A stretch of DNA of 28,555 nucleotides from contig DAOSIN010000001.1 of the NCBI GenBank assembly GCA_035366675.1, forward strand, positions 1 through 28,555, written 5' to 3'. The notes beneath the pieces are model-generated. The model saw nothing but the letters and a program-made list of their open reading frames with translations. It did not search any database and had not been told where the DNA came from. How positions within the stretch are numbered: the stretch's first letter is position 1; each line of letters opens with the position of its first letter. Below are positions 1-9,327 of the stretch, piece after piece. The position numbers and the translations under genes were made by a program. The DNA comes from Salinivirgaceae bacterium. GTDB lineage: Bacteria; Bacteroidota; Bacteroidia; Bacteroidales; Salinivirgaceae.

Positions 1-2
1 GG

Positions 3-857
3 ATTAATATTTTAGAAGTCATAAATAAAAACAGTTTAGACTTTGATTATACTATCATAAAATTCAATGGACATACCGAAAAAATTGTTTCGGAGCAAAT
101 AAAAAATGGACATAGAAACTTTATAGTTGTCGGAGGAGACGGAACTCTCAACGAAGTAATAAATGCCGTTTGCAAGCAAAATGAAGTTAGTACTAAAGAC
201 ATCAGTATTGGCATTATTCAAATGGGTAAGGATAACGATTGGGCTAAATATTATGGTTTTGATAGAGATTATCAAAAGGCGATAGATAGAATTAAACGAA
301 AATACACGAAATTTCAAGATGTCGGTTTAGTTAGATACAAGGATGAAGAGAAAATCAAGGAAGCATATTTTTTAAATGTAGCGGGTATGTGCTTAGACGG
401 TGCCGTTGTAAAAGCTACAAATGAAATGAAAGTAAGAGGGAAGAGGTCCTGGTTTCATTTTATGTTTAATTTGATTAAAAGAATTATTAATTATAAGCCG
501 TGGTATTTAAAAATCCAGATAAATGATGAAGTTATCGAGGGGAAAATTTTGTCTATAAATATTGGTAATGGAAAATATTCAGGTGGAGGAATGCTACAAA
601 CTCCTGATGCAATAATAGATGATGGTTTGTTAGATGTTACTATTTATGAAAATATGTCAAAATTTAAAATGGCAGTTAACATCAAAAAGTTGTATGATGG
701 AACCTTAGGCAAGGTTAAAGGAGTAAAAATGTATAAAACCAAGAAATTTTCTATTGAGTCGGAGCAAGAAATTGTTGGCGAAACAGATGGCGAGACTATA
801 AGTTCTACAACTTATGATATAAACATTATTCCAAGTGCTGTAAAGGTTTTTGTGTAA
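3..857 (+). CDS. Diacylglycerol kinase family (YegS/DgkB/BmrU) lipid kinase, copy 1, 5'-truncated by the window edge
   Basis: Frame is open from base 3 (INILEVINK...) through the listed ATG at 222 to TAA 857. It has GGDGTLNEV, GNGKYSGGG, DDGLLDV and ETDGE motifs. The GTGND motif reads GKDND. Confidence 0.9.
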   Translation: MNILEVINKNSLDFDYTIIKFNGHTEKIVSEQIKNGHRNFIVVGGDGTLNEVINAVCKQNEVSTKDISIGIIQMGKDNDWAKYYGFDRDYQKAIDRIKRKYTKFQDVGLVRYKDEEKIKEAYFLNVAGMCLDGAVVKATNEMKVRGKRSWFHFMFNLIKRIINYKPWYLKIQINDEVIEGKILSINIGNGKYSGGGMLQTPDAIIDDGLLDVTIYENMSKFKMAVNIKKLYDGTLGKVKGVKMYKTKKFSIESEQEIVGETDGETISSTTYDINIIPSAVKVFV

Positions 858-960
858 ATATTACAAACATTAAAAAGCTATAAGCCTTATTTTTATTAAG
901 AATAACTATTTCTTCTTTTCAACTAAAAATCAAATCCAAATAGTAAAAAAAATAGATATT

Positions 961-1893
961 TTGAATAATACTTACGAAAACAAATATTTCTTTATAGTAA
1001 ATCCCAATGCTGGCAACTCGGAAGCGGAACACGAATGGATTAATATTTTAGAAGTCATAAATAAAAACAATTTAGACTTTGATTTTAGTGTCACTAAATT
1101 CAATGGGCATGCCGAACAAATTATTTCGGAGCAAATAAAAGCCGGACATAGAAACTTTATAATTGTCGGAGGTGACGGAACCCTCAACGAAGTAACAAAT
1201 GCCGTTTGCAAACAAAAAGAGGTTAGTTCTAAAGATATTAGCCTAGGTATCATTCAAATGGGTACTGGAAACGATTGGGCTAAATATTATGGGTTTGACA
1301 AAGATTATCAAAAAGCAATAGACAGATTTAAACAAAAAAATACAAAATTTCAAGACGTAGGTTTAATTAGATATAATGATGGTTCTGAAAACAAAGAAGC
1401 ATATTTTATAAATATTGCAGGTTTATGCTTCGACTCTCTTGTGGTAAAAACAACAAATCAAATGAAAGCAAGAGGTAAGAGAACAAGTTTGTCTTACATG
1501 TTTAATTTGCTAAAAAACCTTATTAATTATAAACCCTGGCATTTAAAAATCCACATTAATGACGAAATCCTCGAAGGAAAGTTTTTGTCTATAAGTATCG
1601 GTAATGGGAAATATTCTGGTGGGGGAATGCTCCAAACTCCTAATGCAGTAATTGATGATGGTTTGCTAGATGTTACTATTTATGAAAATATGCCAAAATT
1701 TAAAATTGCAGCAAACGTTAGGAGATTATATAACGGAACCGTAGGCAAAGTAAAGGGAGTAAGAATGTTTAAAACCAAGGAACTCCTTATTGAGTCAGAG
1801 CAAGATATTTTTGCCGAAACTGATGGTGAAATAATAGGTTCTGCTCCTTATGATATAAGCATTATCCCAGGTGCAATAAAAGTTTTTGTGTAA
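961..1893 (+). CDS. Diacylglycerol kinase family (YegS/DgkB/BmrU) lipid kinase, copy 2
   Basis: IVNPNAG, GGDGTLNEV, GTGND, GNGKYSGGG, DDGLLDV and TDGE motifs. TTG start. Confidence 0.92.
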   Translation: MNNTYENKYFFIVNPNAGNSEAEHEWINILEVINKNNLDFDFSVTKFNGHAEQIISEQIKAGHRNFIIVGGDGTLNEVTNAVCKQKEVSSKDISLGIIQMGTGNDWAKYYGFDKDYQKAIDRFKQKNTKFQDVGLIRYNDGSENKEAYFINIAGLCFDSLVVKTTNQMKARGKRTSLSYMFNLLKNLINYKPWHLKIHINDEILEGKFLSISIGNGKYSGGGMLQTPNAVIDDGLLDVTIYENMPKFKIAANVRRLYNGTVGKVKGVRMFKTKELLIESEQDIFAETDGEIIGSAPYDISIIPGAIKVFV

Positions 1894-1941
1894 AAACTAT
1901 ATACATTTTGGAAAAGCTCTAAATCGTATTTTTATTTGATA

Positions 1942-2412
1942 TCAATATTTTTTTGTTTCAACGGAAAAGGAGACATCATAATCATCTGGTATTTTTGGGA
2001 CTAAAACCCAATTCATACTTTCACAGAGAACATCACATAAACCACATTGATGTACAGTTATTTTATATAAATATTTTTTTTGAGAATCATCTTTAGTCAC
2101 ATTTCGTTCGAATGTTGCCCTGCATGCCTCTGATGCATATTTCCCCAGAAGCGTATATTGATTAAAGTCAATGCTATCATATGTGTTGCCGTTATCAAAA
2201 CTTACTTTTAAGCTAAAAACATTCTGCGAGTCAGTTCTTATAACGTGTTCATAGTTACTCATTGCCCATGTAGTTAATGGGCGTGATACCAAAGCGTTTG
2301 AAACAATTTCACCCGTACCAATAATTTGTTTTGGTAGTTTATCTCTACAATTCGTTTCTTTATTGCATGCTACTAAAGAGAATATTGCAAATAATAGAAT
2401 TAAATTTTTCAT
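1942..2412 (-). CDS. Hypothetical Cys-containing lipoprotein
   Basis: Signal peptide II MKNLILLFAIFSLVA-C16, 156 aa, several further Cys residues. Confidence 0.75.
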   Translation of the reverse strand: MKNLILLFAIFSLVACNKETNCRDKLPKQIIGTGEIVSNALVSRPLTTWAMSNYEHVIRTDSQNVFSLKVSFDNGNTYDSIDFNQYTLLGKYASEACRATFERNVTKDDSQKKYLYKITVHQCGLCDVLCESMNWVLVPKIPDDYDVSFSVETKKY

Positions 2413-2586
2413 ACGTTTATATTTTTTTCAGTTTAAGGTCGTATGGAACTCACATGCTTTATAATCATGCTTTTGGGTGTCACGTTTAGTTTGGCATGTT
2501 CGTTTCATTTTATGATTATTTTTTGTTTCAACAAATCTTCGTTTATTTTGTAAATTGCGAGTTGAATTAATGAAGATAAAAATTTT

Positions 2587-3795
2587 ATGGCAAACAACAA
2601 AACATCACGTAATCTAAAGCCACATATAGGGATATTTGGTCGCAGAAATGTCGGCAAATCAGCTTTTATCAATATATTGACAGGGCAAGATGTTGCCATT
2701 GTCTCCGATATTCCGGGCACAACAACCGACCCTGTAAAGCGTTCGGTCGAGATTTTGGATTTCTCGCCGGTAGTAATTATCGATACCGCTGGAATAGACG
2801 ATTTTGGCGCACTCGGAGAAAAACGTATCCAGCGAACACGACAAGTTTTGTCGCAAATAGATTTGGCTTTTCTGTTAGTTACAGATAATCAGTTCGGCGA
2901 AATAGAAGATAATCTTATTAAAGATTTCGATAAGCGTAAACTACCTTATGTTTTAGTCTATTCAAAAACAGATATTTCCACTCCCGACAAACAGCTAATT
3001 AAATCGATAAAAGATAAGTACAATAAGGAGGTTTTTCCTGTCAATACTGCAAATCCCGAAGGGTTAAAAGCAATTGTTGACGAGATCAAACGCCTGATAC
3101 CCGAAACAGCTTATACAATGTCTTCGATTTTAGGCGATATTATTGAAAAAGAAGATATTGTATTGCTTATTGTTTCAATAGATGTTGCAGCTCCCGCAGG
3201 GAGATTGATATTACCACAAGTTCAAGTAATTCGTGATATATTAGATAATCGTGCTGTATCTATCGTTCTGCAATTCAGTGAGGTAGCGCAATTTTTGAAA
3301 ACAACCGGCATTAAGCCTAAATTGGCAATTGCAGATTCTCAACTTTTTTATCGGAAAGAAGAGATTGTGCCCGATGATATTATGCTGACAGGATTTAGCA
3401 TAGTTTTGGCTCGTCATAAAGGCAATTTTCAGGAGTATATAAAAGGAACTCCAAAAATCGGCAGTCTGAAAGATGGAGATAGAGTTCTGATTCTCGAATC
3501 GTGTTCACATCACGTTAGTTGCGATGATATAGGGCGAGTGAAAATACCACGCTGGATGAGAGATTTTTCCCAAAAGCAACTTGAGTTCGATGTTGTGGCA
3601 GGATTGTCAGTAATTAATCGTCCTATAACTGATTATGCTTTAGTTGTTCAATGCGGCGGTTGCATGGTAACCAGAAAGCAGCTACATCAACGTTTGCAAG
3701 TTGCTATTGATGCGGGAGTGCCTATAACAAATTATGGAATGGCAATAGCCTTTATGCATGGATATTACTATCGGGTAATGGAACCGTTTCTTTAA
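2587..3795 (+). CDS. hydF: [FeFe]-hydrogenase H-cluster maturation GTPase HydF
   Basis: P-loop GRRNVGKS, GTTTDPV, DTAG, GRLILPQVQ, ESCSHH...QCGGCM and PITNYG motifs. Confidence 0.95.
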   Translation: MANNKTSRNLKPHIGIFGRRNVGKSAFINILTGQDVAIVSDIPGTTTDPVKRSVEILDFSPVVIIDTAGIDDFGALGEKRIQRTRQVLSQIDLAFLLVTDNQFGEIEDNLIKDFDKRKLPYVLVYSKTDISTPDKQLIKSIKDKYNKEVFPVNTANPEGLKAIVDEIKRLIPETAYTMSSILGDIIEKEDIVLLIVSIDVAAPAGRLILPQVQVIRDILDNRAVSIVLQFSEVAQFLKTTGIKPKLAIADSQLFYRKEEIVPDDIMLTGFSIVLARHKGNFQEYIKGTPKIGSLKDGDRVLILESCSHHVSCDDIGRVKIPRWMRDFSQKQLEFDVVAGLSVINRPITDYALVVQCGGCMVTRKQLHQRLQVAIDAGVPITNYGMAIAFMHGYYYRVMEPFL

Positions 3796-3830
3796 GCAAT
3801 TAGCAATGTGCAATTAGCAATTAACAATTG
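3796..3830 (+). repeat. 7-bp-period array (CAATTAG/CAATGTG/CAATTAA) directly after the hydF stop
   Basis: gcaattagcaatgtgcaattagcaattaacaattg. Confidence 0.75.
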
Positions 3831-3909
3831 GAACACAGATAACACGGATTAAACTGATTTGCACGGTAAAAATCTGTGTGAATCTGTTACATCTGTGTCA
3901 TCTGCGTTC
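3831..3909. repeat. Imperfect palindromic intergenic element (GAACACAGAT...ATCTGCGTTC)
   Basis: Left arm gaacacagataacacggat pairs with right arm atctgtgtcatctgcgttc. A related half-copy lies at 15068-15100. Confidence 0.7.
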
Positions 3910-3965
3910 TACTAACTTTTAACTTCTAATTTATAAAAAAAGTAGTGCATAACGTACAATTTTTA

Positions 3966-3973
3966 TATTTTTG
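3966..3973 (+). promoter_or_regulatory. Candidate Bacteroidota primary-sigma -7 element
   Basis: TATTTTTG matches TAnnTTTG, about 160 nt upstream of the serine hydrolase ATG. Confidence 0.4.
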
Positions 3974-4132
3974 TGGTATTATACCGATTGGACATACACT
4001 ATAGTCCAAACCTCGCTATCGCTCTTTTGGACTATGTGTTTGTAACATCGATATTTACAATTGTAAAATTTTAAAAAGATTGAACTATTTTAAAATTACA
4101 ATTGGTATTATAAGATTTTATCGTTAACTGAA

Positions 4133-5335
4133 ATGAGAAAAGGAAGAACTGAATTTTTGTTTTTATTATTCACGTTAGTACTTTTTTTTATTCTGGGAAA
4201 AATTTTCTCAACAAACTTTTCAGCCTGTAATAAAACTGAAACATTAAATGAACCCGACACTTCATTTTATCCTATTTTAAGGGCAGAAGTAGAGAAACTG
4301 TACAATGATAAGATAATGGGCGGTTTTTCAGGGGCTATGATAGTTTCATGCGGTAAAGACATTGTTTTTGAGCGGTATAAATCTTTCAAAAACAGAAGGG
4401 TAAATGCTAATATAAATCAAAACTCTCGTTTTCAATTAGCCTCTATTACCAAGCAATTTACTGCGGTGGCAATTTTACAACTATATGAAAATGGTTTGCT
4501 AAATATCTATGACACAGTACAAAAATTTATTCCAGAATTTCCATATCACGATATTACAATTCATCAACTGTTATGTCATAGATCAGGGCTACCAAATTAT
4601 GTTTATTTTTTAGATGATTACACAGATTCTCGTTATAGTTCTGTTTCCGGCGACTCTTTGTTAGGACTATTAGTAAAAAATCCCCCGGCAATCTATTCAA
4701 AACCCGGAAGTAGATTCAGATACTCTAATACAGGTTATGTTGTATTATCGCTTATAGTTGAACGAATTACAGGAGAGTCATTTCACAATTATCTCAGAAA
4801 CAATCTATTTGAACCTGCTGGAATGTTGCAAACCGAACTTTTGGTGCCAAATGTCAATGATAACTTCCCTAACATGCTAACAGGCTATAGCAAATTTGGG
4901 CGTGATAGCCGGGAAGATTATCTCAACGGCTGTTATGGCGATAAAGGTATATGGTCAACAGCAAGAGATCTTGTATCGTGGGATCAAGCTCTATACGATT
5001 CTGTAATTATAAAAAACGAAACACTTGAATTAGCATTAACTCCACATGGAAGACCAATCTCGTCAAAAAATAATTATGGATATGGCTGGAGAATAGCCAA
5101 TTACAATCAAGCAGCTGTATATTACCATACAGGATGGTGGCAAGGCTTTAAAACATTGATAATGCGTTTTCCTGAACAAAAAATAACTGTAGTTGTTTTG
5201 AAAAACACATTATCAGGTCCTATGATTTATCAGGAAGAGATGGTGAAGATTGTTGGTCGTAGCCTTTCTTTACCTCAATTTCTTGATGATAAGATTGAGA
5301 TTGATAGCACCAACCTGATATACTTTGAGAGTTAA
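4133..5335 (+). CDS. Serine hydrolase, beta-lactamase class C / PBP4 family, N-terminally anchored
   Basis: SxxK (ASITK), LLCHRSGL, YxN (YSN), YGYGW and HTGWWQGF motifs, with a hydrophobic N-terminus. Confidence 0.92.
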   Translation: MRKGRTEFLFLLFTLVLFFILGKIFSTNFSACNKTETLNEPDTSFYPILRAEVEKLYNDKIMGGFSGAMIVSCGKDIVFERYKSFKNRRVNANINQNSRFQLASITKQFTAVAILQLYENGLLNIYDTVQKFIPEFPYHDITIHQLLCHRSGLPNYVYFLDDYTDSRYSSVSGDSLLGLLVKNPPAIYSKPGSRFRYSNTGYVVLSLIVERITGESFHNYLRNNLFEPAGMLQTELLVPNVNDNFPNMLTGYSKFGRDSREDYLNGCYGDKGIWSTARDLVSWDQALYDSVIIKNETLELALTPHGRPISSKNNYGYGWRIANYNQAAVYYHTGWWQGFKTLIMRFPEQKITVVVLKNTLSGPMIYQEEMVKIVGRSLSLPQFLDDKIEIDSTNLIYFES

Positions 5336-5432
5336 TATAAAAACGACCTTTGTGTGGTTTTAAAAGCAACTCTAATTAAAATTTTGTATTTTACAGCTTT
5401 AAATGTTAAACATTAATAAAAAACCCATTTAT

Positions 5433-8400
5433 ATGAAAAAATTATTATTTCTGTTTGTTGCGGTAACTTTTTGTGCAACAAAGTCGTGGGCTTATGATGA
5501 TGCCCGAATGATGCGTTTCCCCGACATCAATGGCGAACGCATAGTATTTGTTTATGCAGGCGACATTTGGACAGTCGATTCAAATGGAGGTGTAGCACGT
5601 AAACTGACGTCACATCGTGGAATTGAGCTTTTTCCAAAAATTTCGCCAGACGGAAAATGGATTGCTTTCTCTGGCGAGTACAGCGGAAGTCGACAAGTTT
5701 ATGTAATGCCCGCAAATGGAGGTACTCCTAAACAATTAACTTTTTATAATGATGTTACAAATTTGCCACCGCGCGGAGGCTTCGATAACGTGGTCTTAGG
5801 CTGGACAGCCGACAGTAAAAAGGTGTTTTTCCGTAGCAACCGAACTGAATACGGCGATCGAATGGGAAAATACTTTACAGTCAGCATAGAGGGAGGTTTA
5901 GAGGAAGAATATCCGATACCGCACGGAGGTTTTGGAACACTTTCGCCCGATAACAAAAAAGTTGCTTTCTCGTATATCGACCGTGAATTTAGAACATGGA
6001 AAAGATATAAAGGTGGTCGCGCGTCAAATATCTGGATTTATGATTTAGAAAAAAATCTTTCTGAAGAGATTACCGACTTTAAGGGTACAGATCAAGTGCC
6101 CGTTTGGTACGGTGATAAAATTTACTATGCTTCAGACAGAGACCTATGGCTAAATATATTCAGCTACGATGTTAATACCAAAGAGACTACAAAAGTTACA
6201 AACCACGATACATTTGATGTTATGTGGCCCAGTGGCTCAAACGGTCAAATTGTTTACGAACATGGTGGACATATTTATAAGCTAAATCTGGCAAACGGAA
6301 ATACCGAAAGAGTAAAAATCAGTATCAATTACGATAATCCATATACACTTCCATATTTCAAAAATGTAAAAGAAGATATCAGTGGTGTTGATATCTCTCC
6401 AAATGGAAACCGCGTGTTAATTGATGCTCGCGGAGATATCTTTTCTGTTCCCGCTGGAGAGGGTACAATAACCAATCTTACAAACAGTCAAGGAGTCAGA
6501 GATTTATCATCAGCTTGGTCGCCCGATGGAAAATATATAGCATTCTATAATGACTCTACCGATGAATATGAATTGTATTTGATTGAAAATAAAGAGGGTG
6601 CAAAGCCGACACAAATTACTAAAAACTCAAAAGGTTGGAAATATCAAGCCAAATGGTCGCCAAACAGTAAATATTTGGTTTTCTTTGACAGAAGCATGCA
6701 ACTCCAGTTTGTTGACGTAACTACCAAAAAAGTCACAGTTATCGACACGCCAACAAGCAACGAAATACGTTCGTATGCGTTTTCTCCCGATTCTCGTTGG
6801 GTTGCATACACAAAAAATAATCCTAACAATCAGTCTGCAATTTGGGTTTACAATATCGAAAAATCTGAAAAAACTCAACTAACTGATGCAACTTTCAGCG
6901 ATAGAAGTCCCGTGTTTTCTAAATGCGGCAACTACATATTTTTTCTATCTAACCGCGATTTTAATTTAGCATTCTCTGATTTTGAGTTCAACTATCTTTA
7001 CAATAAAGCAACACGCATTTACGCTGTTGCACTTAGAAAAGATAGCCCACGACTGTTAGATATTAAGGAAACCCTTGAAACACCGAGCGACGACTCTCAA
7101 AAGAGCACAGAACCGAAAAAAGATAATGCTAAAAAAGATGATAAATCAGAAAAAGATTTAAACGTTACAATCGATTTTGACGGAATAAATCAGCGTATTG
7201 TGGCATTCCCGTTACCATCAGGCTCTTATTGGAATCTTGATGCAATAAAAAATGGAATTGTTTTTTGTAATGATGAAGGATTTCAACGATTTGATATTAA
7301 AGAGCAAAAACAAGAGACCATAATGGCAGGTATTTCATTTGCCGTTGTTTCAGCTAACGAAAACAAATTCCTTTACAACCAAGGCTCAGATTACGGAGTT
7401 GCCACCTTAGCGCCAAATCAAAAAGCAGGAGAAGGCAAGCTAAATCTCGATAAATTAGATATGCGTATCGAGCCAATTGAGGAGTGGAAGCAAGTATTTG
7501 CCGATGGTTGGCGTATTTATCGCGACTATTTCTATGTCTCTAATATACACGGAGTTGACTGGGATGGTTTCCGTAAAAAATATAGCGAGTTGTTACCTTT
7601 TGTTAGTCACAGATTTGACTTAGACTACATTTTTGGAGAGATGATAGGAGAGACCAACGCTGGACACGCATACTCAAATTACGGCGATTTTGAAAAGGTA
7701 AAACGTTTAGAAACAGGACTTTTAGGGGCTAAATTTGCAGCCGACTTAAAAAATCAGCGATATAAATTCACAAAAATTTATCAAGGCGAGAACTGGAACC
7801 CAAGTCGGCGCGCACCACTTACCGAACAAGGTATTAATGTTAGAGAGGGCGACTATTTGATAGCAATAGACGGGATAGATGTTACAACTAACGAAAATCC
7901 TTACAAGTTTCTTGAAAACAAAGTCAATGTGCCCGTGAAAATTACCGTTAACTCCAAACCATCCGCCGATGGCGCAACAACCTACACAGTTAAGCCAATT
8001 GCGAGCGAACATGAACTGATGTATCTTGACTGGGTAAACGTGCGTAGAGAAATGGTTGACAAACTTTCAGACGGGAAAATAGGTTATATGCACATACCAA
8101 ACACATCGTATGACGGTAACCGTGAGTTACATCGTGGAATGTACGCCTACAACGATAAAGAGGCTTTAATTATTGACGACAGATTTAACGGCGGTGGATT
8201 TATCCCCGACAGAATGATTGAAATCGTTAGTCGCGAAACCCTCGCAAAATGGAATGTAAATGGACTTGATCCAATGCGCACCCCTGGTATCGCTCACGAT
8301 GGTCCAAAAGTTATGCTTATCAACCAATATTCGTCATCGGGTGGAGATGCGTTCCCGTATTTCTTTAAACAAAAGAAATTGGGAACCGTTATCGGAGCAC

Positions 8401-8699
8401 GCACTTGGGGAGGACTTGTTGGAATTTCCTCAAATCCCGGATTTGTTGACGGAGGTTCGTTTAATGTTCCTCGATTTGGTATTTATAATAAAGATGGAGA
8501 GTGGATTATTGAGGGAGTAGGAGTATATCCTGATATTGAGGTGATTGACTCTCCGCATTTGGTTGCACAAGGGAAAGATCCATCTCTCGAAAAAGCTGTA
8601 GAGGTGTTGTTAAAAGAGTTGAAAGAAAATCCACCTAAAAAATGGAAAACACCAGAAGAGCCAGACCGTTCTAAATGGATAGAGATTGAAATAAAATAA
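5433..8699 (+). CDS. Tricorn protease-like S41 peptidase (beta-propellers, PDZ, S41 catalytic domain)
   Basis: Signal peptide MKKLLFLFVAV (ATG 5433 preferred over 5403), PD40-type repeats (PKISPDGKWIAF, AWSPDGK), NAGHAY, IDDRFNGGG, SSSGGDAFP and RTWGGLVG. Confidence 0.95.
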   Translation: MKKLLFLFVAVTFCATKSWAYDDARMMRFPDINGERIVFVYAGDIWTVDSNGGVARKLTSHRGIELFPKISPDGKWIAFSGEYSGSRQVYVMPANGGTPKQLTFYNDVTNLPPRGGFDNVVLGWTADSKKVFFRSNRTEYGDRMGKYFTVSIEGGLEEEYPIPHGGFGTLSPDNKKVAFSYIDREFRTWKRYKGGRASNIWIYDLEKNLSEEITDFKGTDQVPVWYGDKIYYASDRDLWLNIFSYDVNTKETTKVTNHDTFDVMWPSGSNGQIVYEHGGHIYKLNLANGNTERVKISINYDNPYTLPYFKNVKEDISGVDISPNGNRVLIDARGDIFSVPAGEGTITNLTNSQGVRDLSSAWSPDGKYIAFYNDSTDEYELYLIENKEGAKPTQITKNSKGWKYQAKWSPNSKYLVFFDRSMQLQFVDVTTKKVTVIDTPTSNEIRSYAFSPDSRWVAYTKNNPNNQSAIWVYNIEKSEKTQLTDATFSDRSPVFSKCGNYIFFLSNRDFNLAFSDFEFNYLYNKATRIYAVALRKDSPRLLDIKETLETPSDDSQKSTEPKKDNAKKDDKSEKDLNVTIDFDGINQRIVAFPLPSGSYWNLDAIKNGIVFCNDEGFQRFDIKEQKQETIMAGISFAVVSANENKFLYNQGSDYGVATLAPNQKAGEGKLNLDKLDMRIEPIEEWKQVFADGWRIYRDYFYVSNIHGVDWDGFRKKYSELLPFVSHRFDLDYIFGEMIGETNAGHAYSNYGDFEKVKRLETGLLGAKFAADLKNQRYKFTKIYQGENWNPSRRAPLTEQGINVREGDYLIAIDGIDVTTNENPYKFLENKVNVPVKITVNSKPSADGATTYTVKPIASEHELMYLDWVNVRREMVDKLSDGKIGYMHIPNTSYDGNRELHRGMYAYNDKEALIIDDRFNGGGFIPDRMIEIVSRETLAKWNVNGLDPMRTPGIAHDGPKVMLINQYSSSGGDAFPYFFKQKKLGTVIGARTWGGLVGISSNPGFVDGGSFNVPRFGIYNKDGEWIIEGVGVYPDIEVIDSPHLVAQGKDPSLEKAVEVLLKELKENPPKKWKTPEEPDRSKWIEIEIK

Positions 8700-8712
8700 C
8701 ACAGATTTTGTA

Positions 8713-8740
8713 GTAGAGACGGTGCATGCACCGTCTCTAC
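8713..8740. repeat. GTAG REP-like palindrome, copy 1
   Basis: gtagagacggtgcatgcaccgtctctac is a perfect 28-bp palindrome. Confidence 0.9.
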
Positions 8741-8756
8741 GTTATCTTATGTCAAC

Positions 8757-9308
8757 ATGAGGACATTCATAGCAATAGATATGCCTGTAAGCGAGGAACT
8801 TAAAGCAGCTTTGATAGACATTAAACAAAGTTTATCGACATCGAAAATCAATTGGGTCGATTTTTCAACTCTTCATCTAACGATTGCGTTTCTGGGAGAT
8901 ACTCCAAACAATGTAATTCAGAGACTTCAAACCGATTTCAAAAATAAAATTAATGATTTTGGAACCTTTCAATTGAAAGTTGCTAATGTCGGTTTTTTTG
9001 GTCCCAAAGCAAGCCCAACAGTAGTTTGGGTAGGAGTAGAGTCATGCGAAAAGCTTGTAAAACTACACAAGATTATCAATGATATTGTTTTACAACATAA
9101 AACTCAACACGACTTTCGTCCTTTCAAGCCCCACGTAACAATTGGGAGAATTAAGCAATCAGCTGATACTGATATAGTTAACAGCTTATCTCGTAAATAC
9201 AAAAACAAGAAATTTCAAACAGTCCAATGTGACAAAGTAATTATGTATCAAAGTATCTTGACTCCTAAGGGTGCGATATACAAGCCCTTATTCGAGCAAA
9301 ACCTATAA
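8757..9308 (+). CDS. thpR: RNA 2',3'-cyclic phosphodiesterase (2H phosphoesterase, LigT/ThpR)
   Basis: MRTFIAI start and two HxT motifs (LHLTIAFLG, PHVTIGR). Confidence 0.92.
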   Translation: MRTFIAIDMPVSEELKAALIDIKQSLSTSKINWVDFSTLHLTIAFLGDTPNNVIQRLQTDFKNKINDFGTFQLKVANVGFFGPKASPTVVWVGVESCEKLVKLHKIINDIVLQHKTQHDFRPFKPHVTIGRIKQSADTDIVNSLSRKYKNKKFQTVQCDKVIMYQSILTPKGAIYKPLFEQNL

Positions 9309-9327
9309 TGTTATTGTCGAGGAAAGA

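Noticed and set aside
4133-5335. True beta-lactamase resistance gene
   Set aside because: SxxK/YxN are shared by many esterases and peptidases of this family. The third motif is HTG, there is a membrane anchor, and the context is not mobile.
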